Shown here piece after piece: positions 1 to 9,400 of a DNA stretch of 19,313 nucleotides (positions are counted from its first letter, which is position 1; each line of letters opens with the position of its first letter). The stretch is from Myxococcota bacterium (lineage in GTDB: Bacteria; Myxococcota; JACRCW01): contig JBFMGU010000203.1 of NCBI GenBank assembly GCA_040752415.1, positions 1-19,313 on the forward strand, written 5' to 3'. The notes beneath the pieces are model-generated. The model did not search any database. It saw only the letters and a list, made by a program, of their open reading frames with translations, and was not told the DNA's origin. Both the position numbers and the translations under genes were made by a program.

Positions 1-913
1 GGTCCTGTCCCTCGCGCGCCATGACGCGCCCCCTGGTGGGCTCCCGCGGCAACGAGGCCAACAGCACCATCCCGACGAGAGAAGCGATCCCACCGACGGC
101 AACACCCAGGGTGGCCAGCGCCAGCCCCACCAATCCTCCGACGGAGAGCGCGGTCCCGACGAGCTGCGGCGCGCGGGAAGGCGGGGCGGGAGGCGGCGGC
201 GGCTCGGTGCTCACGCGCGGCGCAGGCGGCACCACCACCAGGTCCACGTCCTTGGCGGTGGTGGTGACCCAGACGCTGGCCACGCCGTCGCTGGGCAGCT
301 GCACGGTGGTGTCCGCCTCCGAGAGGTCCTCCATCACCACGCGCACCTTGTGACCGCCGGCGGGCAGCCCCGCCACCACCAGCTCCATGCCCGGCCGCAC
401 AAAGCTGCGCTCATCCACGGTGACCTCGGCCACCGGCCGCGCGAAGTGGAAACGGATTCCCGCGCCCCACACCGGCAGCTCCTCCACCACCGCGCGCAGC
501 ACCGGCGGCCAGCGCTCCAGGTCACTGGGCAGCTCCCGCTCCACGCGACCGCGCTCGGTGGCCTGCGCCACGTCGATGACGCGCACCAGGAGCCGCGGCG
601 TCACCGCGGTGCCGGAGATGGTGGCCTCCACCAGCAGGTCCACCGCCAGCGCGCGACCCAGCTGCGCCAGGCACGCCGGCGCCCCGTCACAACGCCAACC
701 CGCTTCCCGCGCCTGGTCACGCCCCATCAGGGTGTCACCCGCGCCCTGCACCCGCAGCGTGCCCACGCGGTCCAACGTGGCGCGCAGCTCGGCGTGGACC
801 CGGTCGGCCACGGCGGGCGGCATCCCGGCGCCGGGCTGGTGTACCAGTGCCGCGCTCCACAATGGCCCGTCGCTGGCCACCGCCCCCGCGAGCACTGCCC
901 AGAGGAACAACAT
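1..913 (-). CDS. Exported PEGA-domain-type membrane protein, 3'-partial (runs off the window)
   Basis: Absent from the ORF track because it has no stop in the window. Read by hand from ATG at 913: MLFLWAVLAGAVASDG (signal-like), then CDGAPACLAQLGRALAVDLLVEATISG (myxobacterial TolB-N/CsgG-like alpha/beta motif), AEVTVDERSF...LVVAGLPAGGHKVRVV (PEGA-like), a Pro-rich linker and hydrophobic helices (LVGTALSVGGLVGLALATLGVAVGGIASLVGMVLLA). The + ORFs 21-353 and 387-1079 are its antisense shadows. Confidence 0.8.
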   Translation of the reverse strand, partial: MLFLWAVLAGAVASDGPLWSAALVHQPGAGMPPAVADRVHAELRATLDRVGTLRVQGAGDTLMGRDQAREAGWRCDGAPACLAQLGRALAVDLLVEATISGTAVTPRLLVRVIDVAQATERGRVERELPSDLERWPPVLRAVVEELPVWGAGIRFHFARPVAEVTVDERSFVRPGMELVVAGLPAGGHKVRVVMEDLSEADTTVQLPSDGVASVWVTTTAKDVDLVVVPPAPRVSTEPPPPPAPPSRAPQLVGTALSVGGLVGLALATLGVAVGGIASLVGMVLLASLPREPTRGRVMAREGQD

Positions 914-1130
914 GGCGCGGCATGATGGGGCACGCCCGGGGGGAACCACAACGACAAACACGCGCGGCGGGGACGTGGTCACGCGCTCAAGGCCGGCTCC
1001 GGCTCGACGCTGCGCCCGCCGCGCGCGTGCCGCGGCCGGACCGCGCGGGACGTGGTACCGCAAAACCTGCCGTCCGTGACAACGCGGAGCGCGGGTGCGC
1101 GGCGGGAGCGCCTGGGGGCGTCGGGAAACC

Positions 1131-1219
1131 CAAAGGGAAGTCAGGAGTCAGAAGTCAGGAGTCAGAAGGGGATCCCGTGTCGACGACGGCAATCACCTTC
1201 TGACTTCTGACTTCCTTTG
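1131..1219. repeat. Inverted repeat built from AGTCAG(G/A) heptamers; stem-loop, possible terminator of the regulator gene
   Basis: Left arm caaagggaagtcaggagtcagaagtcaggagtcagaagg (1131-1169, 4 heptamers). Right arm ccttctgacttctgacttcctttg (1196-1219) has reverse complement caaaggaagtcagaagtcagaagg. It lies 20 nt past the regulator stop codon. Confidence 0.85.
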
Positions 1220-1239
1220 CGGGACTCACCAACGGCCCC

Positions 1240-2673
<1,434 letters not shown>

Positions 2674-2984
2674 GGGCGGGCCCGGGGCGCGTGCGGCGCG
2701 AGGCCGAAAGATTTGCCGGACTGCCACCTCGCGGGCAAGGGATTTCCACGGATACCCGACAGAGGCCGCGCCGCTGCCGCATGCCGGGAAGGCCGGTGGG
2801 GCCGCCCTGGCCCACGGGGGTCCCTGGGAGGTGGCGGTCGCGCGGCGCTGCCGACGGGCGGGCCCGGAAGCACCAGGGACCGGCGCGGGTGGCGGGAGCG
2901 CGGGTTGAATCCCCGGCAGGGCCACGGCTAATCTCTTCGTAAGTTTCATCCACGACGAAGTGACGCGGTCCGCGGGGGTGTGCC

Positions 2985-4193
2985 ATGGGATTCGTTCGTG
3001 CGCGTGGCGCGGAAGGTCTGCTGCTGCTGGTGCTGGCGTGCCGGCCGGACGGTGCATCCCCGCCGGATGCGGGCGCCACGGCGGTGGACGCGGGAAGCTC
3101 GTCGGCCGGGCTGTCTTCGCAGGCGGTGCTGGCGGCGCATGACGCGCTGCAGGGCGGCAGCACCGACGTGGCGCTCTCGTTGGACGGGCGGGTGCGCCTG
3201 CGGCGGGTGATGCAGGGGGCGCAGGTGGTGCAGGCGGAGATCCTCGTCGACGGGGAACGGGTCATGCAACGCACCCACGACGCCACCGGCTGGACCGCGG
3301 TGTGGGACCAGGACCGCGACGGCGTCCCGGAGCGTCGCATGACCATGACGCGGGACGCGGAGACCGGCGGCCGCACCACGGTGGTGGAGGAGGTGCCCGG
3401 ACCGCACGGCCTGCGTCGTCGGGAGACCACCCGGCGCCTCGACGAGTCGCTGGAGATTGTCTGGGAGTGGATGGAGGCCGACGGCAGCTTCTCCACGGTG
3501 CTGGATTGGACCACCACGCTGTGGCAGCCCGCCGGCATTGAGGGCCCGTTGGGCGGGGGCGAGTGCACCGCGGAACAGGCCGAACAGATCCACGCGGCCA
3601 CCGAGGAGGCCCTGCAGCGTGGCATGTCGTGCTTCGAGGAGCTGGGAATGTATGACGTGGCCCAGTTCTTTGCGTCCCAGGCCGCCGAGCGCGGGATCAC
3701 GCTGGCGTGTGAGGACCTGGAGGCCAACTACGGGCTGGCGGACGGTTGCGCGCTCAACGTGTCCGCCGACCCCGCGGAGGACCAGCGGATCAGCATCTCC
3801 GTCGACGACCGCGCCTTCACCGACCCGCGCTGCGGCGACCTGTTGCCCCTGCTCCTCCATGAGCTGCTGCATTCCTCGCTGGGCGGGCACAACCCCTTTG
3901 CGCACTCCATCGAGCGGGAACACCGCTCCGAGTACGACCGCGTCAACGCGTGCACCAGGATCTGCACCGACCGCTCCAGCGCCACCAGGTGTGACTGCGC
4001 GCAGTGCCTGGGCACCGACCCGTGCGACCCGCGTTGCGCCGAGTACAACCCATGTGGGCGGGGCGGGATCTTCTACTGCACGTGCGTTGACCAGAACTAC
4101 ACGTTCCCCACCCTGGAGGCGTGCGAGTCCGGATGTCCCGCCACCATCGGCTGCTTTGCCCGACGGTGCGTGAAGTTCCCCAGCTGCCAGTGA
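2985..4193 (+). CDS. Putative lipoprotein with zincin-like HExxH motif and Cys-rich C-terminus, 402 aa
   Basis: Lipobox-like [17 protein letters not shown] (DxDxDG Ca-loop-like), LLLHELLHS (HELLH at 3858-3872) and 15 Cys in the last 81 residues. Confidence 0.8.
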   Translation: MGFVRARGAEGLLLLVLACRPDGASPPDAGATAVDAGSSSAGLSSQAVLAAHDALQGGSTDVALSLDGRVRLRRVMQGAQVVQAEILVDGERVMQRTHDATGWTAVWDQDRDGVPERRMTMTRDAETGGRTTVVEEVPGPHGLRRRETTRRLDESLEIVWEWMEADGSFSTVLDWTTTLWQPAGIEGPLGGGECTAEQAEQIHAATEEALQRGMSCFEELGMYDVAQFFASQAAERGITLACEDLEANYGLADGCALNVSADPAEDQRISISVDDRAFTDPRCGDLLPLLLHELLHSSLGGHNPFAHSIEREHRSEYDRVNACTRICTDRSSATRCDCAQCLGTDPCDPRCAEYNPCGRGGIFYCTCVDQNYTFPTLEACESGCPATIGCFARRCVKFPSCQ

Positions 4194-4202
4194 GCCTCCC
4201 GC

Positions 4203-4889
4203 TCACACGCGCACCATCACGTCCTCCAGGGGCTTCTTGACCAGCGCGTGCGCGGGCACGGTGGCGTCGGGCGCGGGGTAGCCCACCGGGATGAGGAACT
4301 CCGCGCGCTCGTTGTCCGGCCGCCCCAGGATGGTGCCGAGGAACGCCATGGGCGCGGGGGTATGGGTCAACGTGGCCAGGCCCGCGTGCGTGAGGCTGGC
4401 CAGCAGCAGTCCCACCGCAATCCCCACGCTCTCGCGCACGTAGTAGTGCTTCACCTTGATGCGCGTGCCGTCGGGCGCCTGCTCCCAGCCGTGCGTGATG
4501 GCAAAGACCACGACGAGATAGGGCGCCGTGGTGAGGTAGGCCTTGTTCTCGTCGGTACCCAGCGGCTCCAGCGCCTGGCGCCATTCCTCCGGCGCGCTGC
4601 GGTAGAACTCGCGCTCCTCCTCCTCCGCGCCCGCGCGGATGCGCTGCTTCACCGCGGGATCCTGCACCACCACGAAGCGCCAGGGCTGCTGGTTGGCCCC
4701 GCTGGGCGCGCTGGCCGCGGCACGCACCGCGTTCTCGACGAGCGCGAAGGGCACCGGCTCCGCCGAGAAGGCGCGCACCGAGCGACGGCGCTGCATCACC
4801 TCGAGGAACATGCGCGAGCGGTGGAGCTGCACGTCGGGAGCGAGCCGCTCATGACGGAGCGGGACGGGCTGGTAGCGGGAGGAAGCCAT
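4203..4889 (-). CDS. Nitroreductase-superfamily flavoprotein, iodotyrosine deiodinase (IYD)-like, 228 aa
   Basis: FMN-binding motifs RRRSVRAF and APSGANQQPW. IYD-type motifs AEEEEREFY, LGTDENKAYL, HYYVRESVGIAVG, GLATLTHTP and IPVGYP. Confidence 0.9.
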   Translation of the reverse strand: MASSRYQPVPLRHERLAPDVQLHRSRMFLEVMQRRRSVRAFSAEPVPFALVENAVRAAASAPSGANQQPWRFVVVQDPAVKQRIRAGAEEEEREFYRSAPEEWRQALEPLGTDENKAYLTTAPYLVVVFAITHGWEQAPDGTRIKVKHYYVRESVGIAVGLLLASLTHAGLATLTHTPAPMAFLGTILGRPDNERAEFLIPVGYPAPDATVPAHALVKKPLEDVMVRV

Positions 4890-5027
4890 GCGCCGAGCAT
4901 GACGGCAGGCGACCCGGGCCGCCAGGGTAGGCGCCGCTCACACCCGCGGTTTTCTGGAGCTTCCTCGAGCGCAGGCTAGAGTGTGAGGACCGTGACGTCG
5001 TCACGACGTGCCTGGAGGGGTTCTTCC

Positions 5028-7967
5028 ATGATGCGCCTGTTCCGTGTGGTGTTGCCTGCGCTGGTCCTGCTGCCCATTGCCTGCACCACGGGGCAGCCGC
5101 CCGGGGAGACCCCCGAGGAGAGCACCAGCACGTCCTCCGCGTCTTCTTCGTCCTCGAGCTCCTCTTCATCCAGCAGCGGTTCCGTCTCCAGCACCTCCTC
5201 CAGCTCGTCCTCGTCGGGTGACAGCTCCACCGCCAGCGGGACCAGCTCCTCGTCGTCCAGCTCCTCGGGCGGAAGCACCTCCACGTCCGGGAGCACGTCC
5301 TCCTCCGGCGGCCTGGACGCGGGTGTCGCTGACGGCGGGACCACCGACGCGGGCGGCACCGACGCGGGACCGGTGTGTGGCGACGGCGCGGTGCAGTCCC
5401 CGGAGGAATGCGACGACAGCGGCACCGTCGACAACGACGGCTGCTCCAGCACCTGCACCAACGAGGTCACGCCGGCGTGCGGCGACGGGATCCTCCAGGC
5501 CGGGGAGACGTGCGACGACGGCGTGCAGAACAGCGACAGCGTTGCCGACGCGTGCCGCACCACGTGCATCCCCGCCGGTTGCGGCGACGGCGTGACGGAT
5601 ACCGGAGAGAGCTGCGACGACGGCGCACAGAACAGCGACACCACCGCCGACGCCTGCCGCACGTCATGCCAGCCGCCCTCCTGCGGCGACTCCGTCACGG
5701 ACACCGGTGAGACCTGCGACGACGGCCCGGCCAACAGCGACACCGCCGCGGACGCCTGCCGCACCACCTGCGCCTCCGCCACCTGCGGCGACGGCGTGAC
5801 GGACACCGGAGAGGGCTGCGACGACGGCGCGCAGAACAGCGACACCACCGCGGATGCCTGCCGCACCCGCTGCGCGCTGCCGGGCTGTGGCGACGGAGTC
5901 CAGGACAACGGCGAGCAGTGCGACAACGGCGCGCAGAACAGCGACCTCACCGCCGACGCGTGCCGCACCACCTGCGTGAACCCCAGCTGTGGCGATGGGA
6001 TGGTGGACACCGGCGAAGCGTGCGACGACGGCAACAATGCCGACTCCGACGGCTGTTCCAGCACGTGTGCCAACGAGGTCACGCCCGCCTGTGGCGACGG
6101 GATCCTGCAAAGCGGCGAGCAGTGCGACAACGGCGCGCAGAACAGCGACACGGTGGCCGACGCGTGCCGGACCACCTGCGTGCGCGCCGCGTGTGGTGAC
6201 TCGGTCATCGACACCAATGAGACCTGCGACGACGGCGCACAGAACAGCGACACCACGGTCGACGCGTGCCGCACCACCTGCCTGCCGGCAGCCTGCGGCG
6301 ACGGCGTGATCGACAGCAATGAGACTTGCGACGACGGCGCGCAGAACAGCGACACCACGCCTGACGCGTGTCGTACCACCTGTGTGCCGGCGGGTTGCGG
6401 CGACGGTGTCACGGACACCAATGAGACCTGCGACAACGCCGGGCTCAACAGCGACACCACGCCCGACGCCTGCCGCACCAGCTGCACGCTTGCCGCCTGC
6501 GGCGACTCGGTGGTGGACAGCGCGGAGCAGTGCGACGACGGCGGGCAGAACAACGACATCGCGCAGGGGGCCTGTCGCAGCACTTGCCTGAGCGCGCACT
6601 GCGGTGACGGCGTGGTCGACTACACGCTGGGAGAGCGGTGCGAGGACGGCAACACCGCCGACGGCGACGGGTGCAGCTCGGCCTGCCAGGTGGAAGCGGC
6701 GCCCACCTGTGGCGACGGCACGCTGGACCTGGCCAATGACGAGCAGTGCGACGACAGCAACAACGTCGCCGGCGACGGCTGCGACCCGAGTTGCCAGTTC
6801 GAGCTGGTGGGCCAGACGTGCGGCGACGGCACGGTGGACGCCAACGAGATTTGTGACGACAACAACACCTCCAACGGCGACAGCTGCAACCCCACCTGCA
6901 ACTTCACCAACACCACCGCGCTGTTTGCCGGCACCCCCGGACAGCCGGGCTCGGTGGACGGCGTGGTGAACACCGCCACGTTCCAGGGCACGTTCTACAT
7001 GGCGGCGGACGACCACTTCCTGTGGGTGACCCAGCCCGGCAACCTCAACGGCCTCATCCGCCGGGTCACGGTCAACGACCCCACGTCGTCGACGGTGGCC
7101 GGCGAGGTGGTGACCGTGGCGGGCGGAGGAAACTCGCTGCCGCCGTGCCTGGGTACCGCGTGTCGCCTGGTGGGCGTGGATTCCATTGCCACCGACGGAA
7201 CGCGGGTCTGGTTCTCCGCCAACGGCCGCATCATGGAGATGAGCGCCACCGCGCCCTTCCAGGTCAACGCCGTGGCCGGCGACGGAACCTGCGGCAATAT
7301 CGACGCCACCGCGCCCGGAACCGCGCTGGCCGCGCGCTTTGATGACCTGCGCGGGCTCACCTGGTTCAACGGCCTGCTGTATTTCGTGGATGCCCGCGCC
7401 GCCACGCTGCGCGCCTTCGACCCGAACGCGGGCACCGTCGTCACGCTGGCGGGCACGGCGTATCCCGGAGGCCGCGGAGCGTGCGGCAGCGGCGGTAACG
7501 GCAATCCCGTGGCGACGGATGACTATGGCACCGCGGCGGTGATGGACAGCCCGCGCTTCATCACCTCCGACAACTCCGGGATGCTCTACATCGCGGACAA
7601 CCTTGGCTACACCATCCGCTCCTACAATACGGTGACGACGTACCTGGGCACCTTCGTGGGCCAGAAGAACACGCCGGGGTACCTGGACAGCACCGGCACC
7701 AGCGCGCTCCTGGACCGCCCGCGCGACCTCACCTCCGACGGGACGAGCATCTACTTCACCGAGCAGGAGGCGTACACCATCCGCCAGGCGGTGATTGCCG
7801 ACGCCACGGTGACGACGATGATCGGCGCCCCCAACCAGAGCGGCTACGTGGAGGGCACGGGGAGCGCCGCGCGGATGGGCCAACCCTTTGACGTGGTCTA
7901 CCACTTCCCCAGCCGGCGCCTGTTCTTCGCCGACAGCGGCAACCACGTCATCCGCGAGATCCGCTGA
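5028..7967 (+). CDS. Large surface lipoprotein: Ser-rich stalk, 15 Myxococcus Cys-rich repeats (DUF4215-like), C-terminal NHL-like beta-propeller, about 979 aa
   Basis: RBS ggagggg before ATG 5028, lipobox LPIA-C, Ser/Thr/Gly run and CGDG-x-E-x-CDDG-x-C-x3-C repeats. C-terminal blades include FDDLRGLTW..LYFVD, MDSPRFITSD..LYIAD, LDRPRDLTSDG..IYFTE and FFADSGNHVIREI. Confidence 0.92.
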   Translation: MMRLFRVVLPALVLLPIACTTGQPPGETPEESTSTSSASSSSSSSSSSSSGSVSSTSSSSSSSGDSSTASGTSSSSSSSSGGSTSTSGSTSSSGGLDAGVADGGTTDAGGTDAGPVCGDGAVQSPEECDDSGTVDNDGCSSTCTNEVTPACGDGILQAGETCDDGVQNSDSVADACRTTCIPAGCGDGVTDTGESCDDGAQNSDTTADACRTSCQPPSCGDSVTDTGETCDDGPANSDTAADACRTTCASATCGDGVTDTGEGCDDGAQNSDTTADACRTRCALPGCGDGVQDNGEQCDNGAQNSDLTADACRTTCVNPSCGDGMVDTGEACDDGNNADSDGCSSTCANEVTPACGDGILQSGEQCDNGAQNSDTVADACRTTCVRAACGDSVIDTNETCDDGAQNSDTTVDACRTTCLPAACGDGVIDSNETCDDGAQNSDTTPDACRTTCVPAGCGDGVTDTNETCDNAGLNSDTTPDACRTSCTLAACGDSVVDSAEQCDDGGQNNDIAQGACRSTCLSAHCGDGVVDYTLGERCEDGNTADGDGCSSACQVEAAPTCGDGTLDLANDEQCDDSNNVAGDGCDPSCQFELVGQTCGDGTVDANEICDDNNTSNGDSCNPTCNFTNTTALFAGTPGQPGSVDGVVNTATFQGTFYMAADDHFLWVTQPGNLNGLIRRVTVNDPTSSTVAGEVVTVAGGGNSLPPCLGTACRLVGVDSIATDGTRVWFSANGRIMEMSATAPFQVNAVAGDGTCGNIDATAPGTALAARFDDLRGLTWFNGLLYFVDARAATLRAFDPNAGTVVTLAGTAYPGGRGACGSGGNGNPVATDDYGTAAVMDSPRFITSDNSGMLYIADNLGYTIRSYNTVTTYLGTFVGQKNTPGYLDSTGTSALLDRPRDLTSDGTSIYFTEQEAYTIRQAVIADATVTTMIGAPNQSGYVEGTGSAARMGQPFDVVYHFPSRRLFFADSGNHVIREIR
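5373..6905 (+). repeat. Intragenic array of 15 Cys-rich units (mostly 102 nt) with a 612-nt higher-order period
   Basis: Units counted from the translation. DGCSSTC(T/A)NEVTPACGDGILQ occurs at 5436 and 6048, 612 nt (6 x 102) apart. Confidence 0.9.
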
Positions 7968-9053
7968 TCAATACTGCTGCTTCCCGCCGCCACCGCTCCC
8001 GCCGGTGAGCTGTTCCTGCGCCTCCTCGCTCGCCTCCGGCGTGTCGGGCTCCTCCGCTCCTCCCACCGGAACCGGCGCGGGCTTCGGCTCGGCGCGCGGG
8101 GGCGTGTCGACGTCAGGTGTGGCCGACGCGCGCCGCTTGAGGAAGATCCCGGTGGGCCAGCCCGCGCCGCTGAGACACCCGCAACAGGTGCAGCCAAACA
8201 GGTGCAACCACGAGACCACCAGCGCCGTGCCCGCGCCCTCGCCGCTGCCGCCGCCCGCAATGGCCAACGCCAACGTGAGCCAACCCAGGCCCAGGCAGCA
8301 GTTGAGCACCGCGCACGCCGTGAGCAGCCCGGACACCACCATCACCGGCTGCCACGGATTGAACCCACCTCCACCACCCGAGGTCGACGCCGCCGCGGGA
8401 GCGGCCTTGGTGGGAGCGGGCGCGGTGACGGCGGGCTTCTGCGCGGGGGGCGGGCGCGAGGGCGCGGGGGACGTGGTGGTTGCCGAGGTGGCGGGTGGCG
8501 GTGTTTCCGTGGCGCCGTTGCTGCGTGGGCCCAGCTCCTTGCGCGCGGCCTCACCAAACCGCACCGCCAGCCGCTGCACGCCCTCCAGCAGCGCCTGCTC
8601 GTCGGCGGAAGCCACCACTTCCTGGTCGGAGAGGCGGAGCTGCGCGCGCTGCACGTCCATCAGCTTCACGGTGATGACAATGCTGTTGCCCACGCGCGCA
8701 AAGCGGCCAATCACCAGGTAGCGCACGCCCAGCGCCCCGCCGATCTCCGTGAGGCAGCTGGTGCTGTCGCAGCCCATGAGGGACTTCTGCTGCTCGAACG
8801 TGACGAGCGAGGCGATGTCCTGCTGCCCGATCACGTTCCGCTCCGAGGCCCGCGCGAACCGGATCTGGAAGGTGTCCATCAACGCCGCCGTCAGCTCGGT
8901 ATCCACCTTGCGGGTGTCGAACGGCATGATGGCAATCTCCGCCTTCTTCTCCTCCTGCGCGTCCGCGCGCGCCGCGACCGGCAGCAGCGTCGAGACCACC
9001 GCCAACACCCAGCACACGCGAGTCCAGGGCAACGAGCTCATGGTTGCACCCAT
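7968..9053 (-). CDS. Exported protein with TolB-N/CsgG-like alpha/beta domain, Pro/Ala linker and Cys-rich C-terminal membrane helices, 361 aa
   Basis: Signal peptide ending ARA-D, then IAIMPFD and MGCDSTSCLTEIGGALGVRYLVIGRFARVG..ITVKLMDV, a PPPATSATTTSPAP linker and hydrophobic segments near the C-terminus. An alternative start is 9041. Confidence 0.85.
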   Translation of the reverse strand: MGATMSSLPWTRVCWVLAVVSTLLPVAARADAQEEKKAEIAIMPFDTRKVDTELTAALMDTFQIRFARASERNVIGQQDIASLVTFEQQKSLMGCDSTSCLTEIGGALGVRYLVIGRFARVGNSIVITVKLMDVQRAQLRLSDQEVVASADEQALLEGVQRLAVRFGEAARKELGPRSNGATETPPPATSATTTSPAPSRPPPAQKPAVTAPAPTKAAPAAASTSGGGGGFNPWQPVMVVSGLLTACAVLNCCLGLGWLTLALAIAGGGSGEGAGTALVVSWLHLFGCTCCGCLSGAGWPTGIFLKRRASATPDVDTPPRAEPKPAPVPVGGAEEPDTPEASEEAQEQLTGGSGGGGKQQY

Positions 9054-9186
9054 GCTTCCCCAACCGGACGGGTGCGCACAACTTCCTTCCGCACCACGTC
9101 GTCCGGGGCCGTGTGCTCGCCACGCTTGCGTTCTGGTCCGGGTGGAGGGCGCCGCTACAATGGACGCAGCGTTGGGGCGGTCCGCC

Positions 9187-9235
9187 TGAACGACGGCTCA
9201 CCGTGCGGGAAGACGTCGTGAACAGCGGTTCACCG
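9187..9235. promoter_or_regulatory. Pair of TGAAC-N4-GTTCA-type palindromic operator candidates in a divergent intergenic region
   Basis: tgaacgacggctcaccg (9187-9203) and tgaacagcggttcaccg (9219-9235) match at 14/17 positions, 32 bp apart. The second contains a perfect GTGAAC-N4-GTTCAC. A -10-like TACAAT lies at 9156-9161. Confidence 0.5.
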
Positions 9236-9400
9236 CGGCCCTGAAGCACCCATCATCCCGTCGCCGCCACCGCAACCATGCCGGTGGCCTGCCGCCACCC
9301 CGCCCGTGGTGGTGGCAGCCATGACCATCGCGCGGCTCACGTGGCGGCGAACGCCGTTGCGCCGGTCCGCGGCATCCGTCCCGACCCTCGGGGGAGTTCC

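Noticed and set aside
2735..2748. Sigma-54 promoter TGGAAATCCCTTGC on the minus strand upstream of the regulator
   Set aside because: GG-to-GC spacing is 9 nt rather than the required 10.
2674..3057. 128-aa N-terminal extension of the regulator in the ORF track
   Set aside because: Low-complexity, overlaps the divergent gene at 2985, and the REC domain starts right after the ATG at 2673.
9093..9107. Possible third 3'-end remnant (accacgtcgtccggg vs 7942-7956, 13/15)
   Set aside because: Too short to distinguish from chance in GC-rich DNA, and it also forms part of a local hairpin. Worth rechecking only if the cargo model holds.
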